Of a DNA stretch of 64,000 nt, positions 63,426-64,000 are shown piece after piece; within the stretch, counting starts at the first letter, position 1, and every line of letters starts with the position of its first letter. The stretch is from a virus: positions 4,313 to 68,312 of the IMG/VR virus record IMGVR_UViG_3300042362_000298; one strand, written 5' to 3'. A program made the position numbers and the translations under genes. The notes below the pieces were generated by a model. It did no database searches. It worked only from the letters and a program-made list of their open reading frames with translations, and was not told the origin of the DNA.

Positions 63426-63751
63426 TATTTCACTTCCTCCACAAGCTTGTTCCACATCCATTGCTCCTTCGTATCAGGGCGCATCAGCTCGTAGCCTTCG
63501 TGGTCGACAATGCTATCACCAGCGCTGTCCACATGCCCTTCCATAGAAAGCCTCCAGAGGCCCTTACAAGAGCCTTCTGCATCAAAGATGGCAATGGTAT
63601 CTTCTCGGTCTTCCATGGCCAGTCTGGTGTGGAAGAGGAGCTCTTTAAGGCTCGTTGCTTGGTAGCAGCCCTTCGTTGCAGAGAAGTAGGGGCCATTGTC
63701 TTGAAAGGTGCGGACGGTCGCTCTTGCCTTAGGGCGCATAGTGGTTTTCAT
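63425..63751 (-). CDS. hypothetical protein
   Basis: 108 aa; TAATG overlap. Confidence 0.65.
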   Translation of the reverse strand: MKTTMRPKARATVRTFQDNGPYFSATKGCYQATSLKELLFHTRLAMEDREDTIAIFDAEGSCKGLWRLSMEGHVDSAGDSIVDHEGYELMRPDTKEQWMWNKLVEEVK

Positions 63752-63754
63752 GGT

Positions 63755-63928
63755 TCAGAAAGGTTCGTAAAGGGGCTCGTAGTCTTCTTCGTCACTTGGC
63801 AGTTCCTTGATGATGAACGAGGTGCCAGCGGCTTCGTAGATGGTCTTTAACTGATCACGCTCTTCAATGGTGAGAGCATAATCTTCGTAGCCATCTTCAG
63901 AAGCAAAATAAAACACTGAACGAATCAT
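63755..63928 (-). CDS. small acidic protein (57 aa)
   Basis: MIRSVFYFASEDGYEDYALT... Confidence 0.5.
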   Translation of the reverse strand: MIRSVFYFASEDGYEDYALTIEERDQLKTIYEAAGTSFIIKELPSDEEDYEPLYEPF

Positions 63929-64000
63929 TGGTCTTCTCCGATAATGCGAAAATCAGGATCATTTTCCTTTTTAATCCATCGACACTGATTGGTGCCAGGG

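Noticed and set aside
1-64000. Integrase, att sites or host genes indicating a prophage
   Set aside because: None is recognisable in this window; lifestyle cannot be determined.

Overview
The whole window is a tailed dsDNA phage genome segment, most likely a siphovirus of (pico)cyanobacteria. The host call rests on a cyanophage-type class I RNR, ThyX, an NblA-like ORF and cyanobacterial LexA/Fur/NtcA-like boxes. Layout: small early and replication genes with primase-helicase, Sak-like annealing protein, exonuclease, dcd and thyX (1-13.5 kb); lysis (13.6-15.4 kb); variable small-gene cassettes and tail fibres (15.4-23.2 kb); a lambda-like tail and DUF2184/DUF2213 head module on the minus strand (23.3-42.6 kb); a sugar-modification cluster (42.6-47.7 kb); MuF-like, portal and a divergent TerL (47.7-52.4 kb); structured RNAs and RNR (53-57 kb); a non-coding, possibly terminal region, a compositionally odd GP88-like gene and a dense array of DNA-binding sites (58.7-62.2 kb). 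The most notable unexplained signals are: (1) a 15-bp TAGT-N7-ACTA site that bounds small-gene and tail-fibre cassettes and coincides with two gene truncations, suggesting a cassette-shuffling system; (2) a ~450-bp array of LysR-like, LexA and Fur boxes; (3) a second programmed -1 frameshift in the head region; (4) several unannotated structured RNAs; (5) a Hint domain at the N-terminus of tail tip J. Family names come from motif recognition and memory, not from database searches.
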